From Candidatus Eiseniibacteriota bacterium (GTDB lineage: Bacteria; Eisenbacteria; RBG-16-71-46; CAIMUX01; VGJL01): a stretch of DNA of 64,000 nucleotides. The notes below the pieces were generated by a model. The model saw nothing but the letters and a program-made list of their open reading frames with translations. It had not been told where the DNA came from and made no database searches. Position numbers and translations under genes: made by a program. How positions within the stretch are numbered: position 1 is the stretch's first letter; the number at the start of each line of letters is the position of its first letter. Of this stretch, positions 62,817-64,000 are shown piece by piece. The DNA is taken from contig CAWBWI010000003.1 of assembly GCA_963792585.1 (NCBI GenBank), positions 1,088,001 to 1,152,000 of the forward strand, given 5' to 3'.

Positions 62817-63881
62817 ATGCACGCGAACCAGTATCAGCGAGCCACTCTCCTTCTGACGTTGGTCATGCTTGCCGGATGCGCGGCGAACATGAGCCCGCGA
62901 CCGAGGGAAACGAACGCAGAAGTTCTGTTGATTTCCTTCGGCGCCACGAACGGCGAGTTGAAGGACTGCGGATGCCATTCGAATCCTCGCGGCGGCCTGC
63001 CCCACCGGCAGAGCCTCGTCGACTCGCTCCGCCTGCGGAACAAGGACTTCCTCTTGGTGGATCTGGGCGACTTCATGAACAATGAAACGGTCGCGGGCGA
63101 CTTCAAGACCCGATTCATCTGGAAGCAGATGGAAGAGATGGGTTACTGCGCGTCGACGCCGGGCGCTCGCGAGATCGCCAACTGGTCCATCTACCAGGAT
63201 CTCCTGACGAAGAGCACGATCCGTCCGGTCGCGACGAACTTGATCCTCGTCGACGGCGGCACGGAGACGCCGGCGGGACCGCCCTATCTGATCGAGGAGA
63301 TCAACGGTGTTCGGGTCGGGTTCTTCTCGCTGATCGGGCCGGCGGTGCTCTCCTCCGTCACCGTTCCGGAAGGACTCCAGTTCCGCGCGGAGGATCCAAT
63401 CGCCGCGTCGACGCGGGCGATCGCGGAGCTTCGACGAAAGGCGGAAGTCGTCGTTCTGCTCTCCCAGATGCCCTCGAAGGAGACGGACGAGCTGATCGCG
63501 AGGGTGCCCGGCATCGACGTCGCGCTCTGCGGGCGACAGCCTGCCTGGGTGACGCGGGCGCGCACGTCCGGAGAGACGATCGTGCAGGAGACCGGAAGCC
63601 GTGGAATGTATCTGGGGGAGCTTGCCCTCGTCGTGAGTCCGGCGGGAAGGATCGTCGAGTGGGGGTCTCGCAATGACGGTCTGGGGACGACCTACGGGGA
63701 GAAGGCGGAGGTCGTCGCGCAGATCAAGCAGATCGAGGATCAGGCACGGGAAATGGTCACCGCGAGCCAGCAGGTGAAGGCGGGGCAGCCCGGGTCGGGC
63801 GCGGATGCCGCTGCGCCGGCGACTCCCGTGCCGGTGGTTCCCGCCGGATCGGGATCCGGAACGGTGCGACAGGAGCACTGA
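62817..63881 (+). CDS. UshA-like CxC lipoprotein, copy 2
   Basis: GAGGAG RBS; lipobox LAGC; GELKDCGCH, VDLGDF, PYLIEEINGVRVG, DP, VPGIDV. Confidence 0.75.
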   Translation: MHANQYQRATLLLTLVMLAGCAANMSPRPRETNAEVLLISFGATNGELKDCGCHSNPRGGLPHRQSLVDSLRLRNKDFLLVDLGDFMNNETVAGDFKTRFIWKQMEEMGYCASTPGAREIANWSIYQDLLTKSTIRPVATNLILVDGGTETPAGPPYLIEEINGVRVGFFSLIGPAVLSSVTVPEGLQFRAEDPIAASTRAIAELRRKAEVVVLLSQMPSKETDELIARVPGIDVALCGRQPAWVTRARTSGETIVQETGSRGMYLGELALVVSPAGRIVEWGSRNDGLGTTYGEKAEVVAQIKQIEDQAREMVTASQQVKAGQPGSGADAAAPATPVPVVPAGSGSGTVRQEH

Positions 63882-63892
63882 TCCCGCCCGGG

Positions 63893-64000
63893 TCACCGGA
63901 CGATTGTGATCTTCGCCTCCGCGCGCGGCCCGGCGCCATCCACGACGCACAGGTAGGTCCCCACGGGCACGGAGCGACCCGCGTGATCCCGGCCGTCCCA
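63893..64000 (-). CDS. 3' end of a FlgD-Ig C-terminal-domain protein (partial, runs off the window)
   Basis: Minus strand reads WDGRDHAGRSVPVGTYLCVVDGAGPRAEAKITIVR-stop. Confidence 0.75.
   Translation of the reverse strand, partial: WDGRDHAGRSVPVGTYLCVVDGAGPRAEAKITIVR

Noticed and set aside
62130..62975. Actual selenoproteins among the UshA-like pair
   Set aside because: Both CxC motifs are encoded by TGC codons, with no in-frame TGA.

Overview
A 64 kb, high-GC, gene-dense stretch of bacterial chromosome. I found no rRNA, tRNA, CRISPR array, transposase or integrase. The repeated FlgD-Ig/T9SS-like C-terminal domains, gingipain-like C25 and S8 proteases and 'TTWGRIK' tails suggest an uncultured FCB-related lineage such as Ca. 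Eisenbacteria (inference). Contents: transport (cstA, AI-2E, OPT, TerC), DNA repair (DEDDh exonuclease-nfo, polB), a secreted-enzyme cluster, central metabolism (gltA, PPi-type pfk, CoA-transferase, atypical ald, hppA), a surface-glycan operon (murJ-like, methyltransferase, two glycosyltransferases), tsaD, quinol-dependent NO reductase, c-di-GMP genes and two UshA-like CxC proteins. Several genes carry clustered indels that look like long-read assembly errors. Top candidate for a new system: a ~1590-aa fusion of an acyl-CoA-ligase-like domain (altered A10 lysine), a helical region, an apparent pseudokinase and an intact GNAT, transcribed divergently from citrate synthase. Other leads: a conserved C-terminal TTWGRIKxx(F/Y)R sorting-like tail on unrelated secreted proteins, a ~460-aa C-terminal cassette shared by an S8 and a C25 protease, an unannotated 32-aa Lys-rich ORF, and a CxxCH insertion in qNor. 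All calls come from motif recognition by eye, with no database searches.
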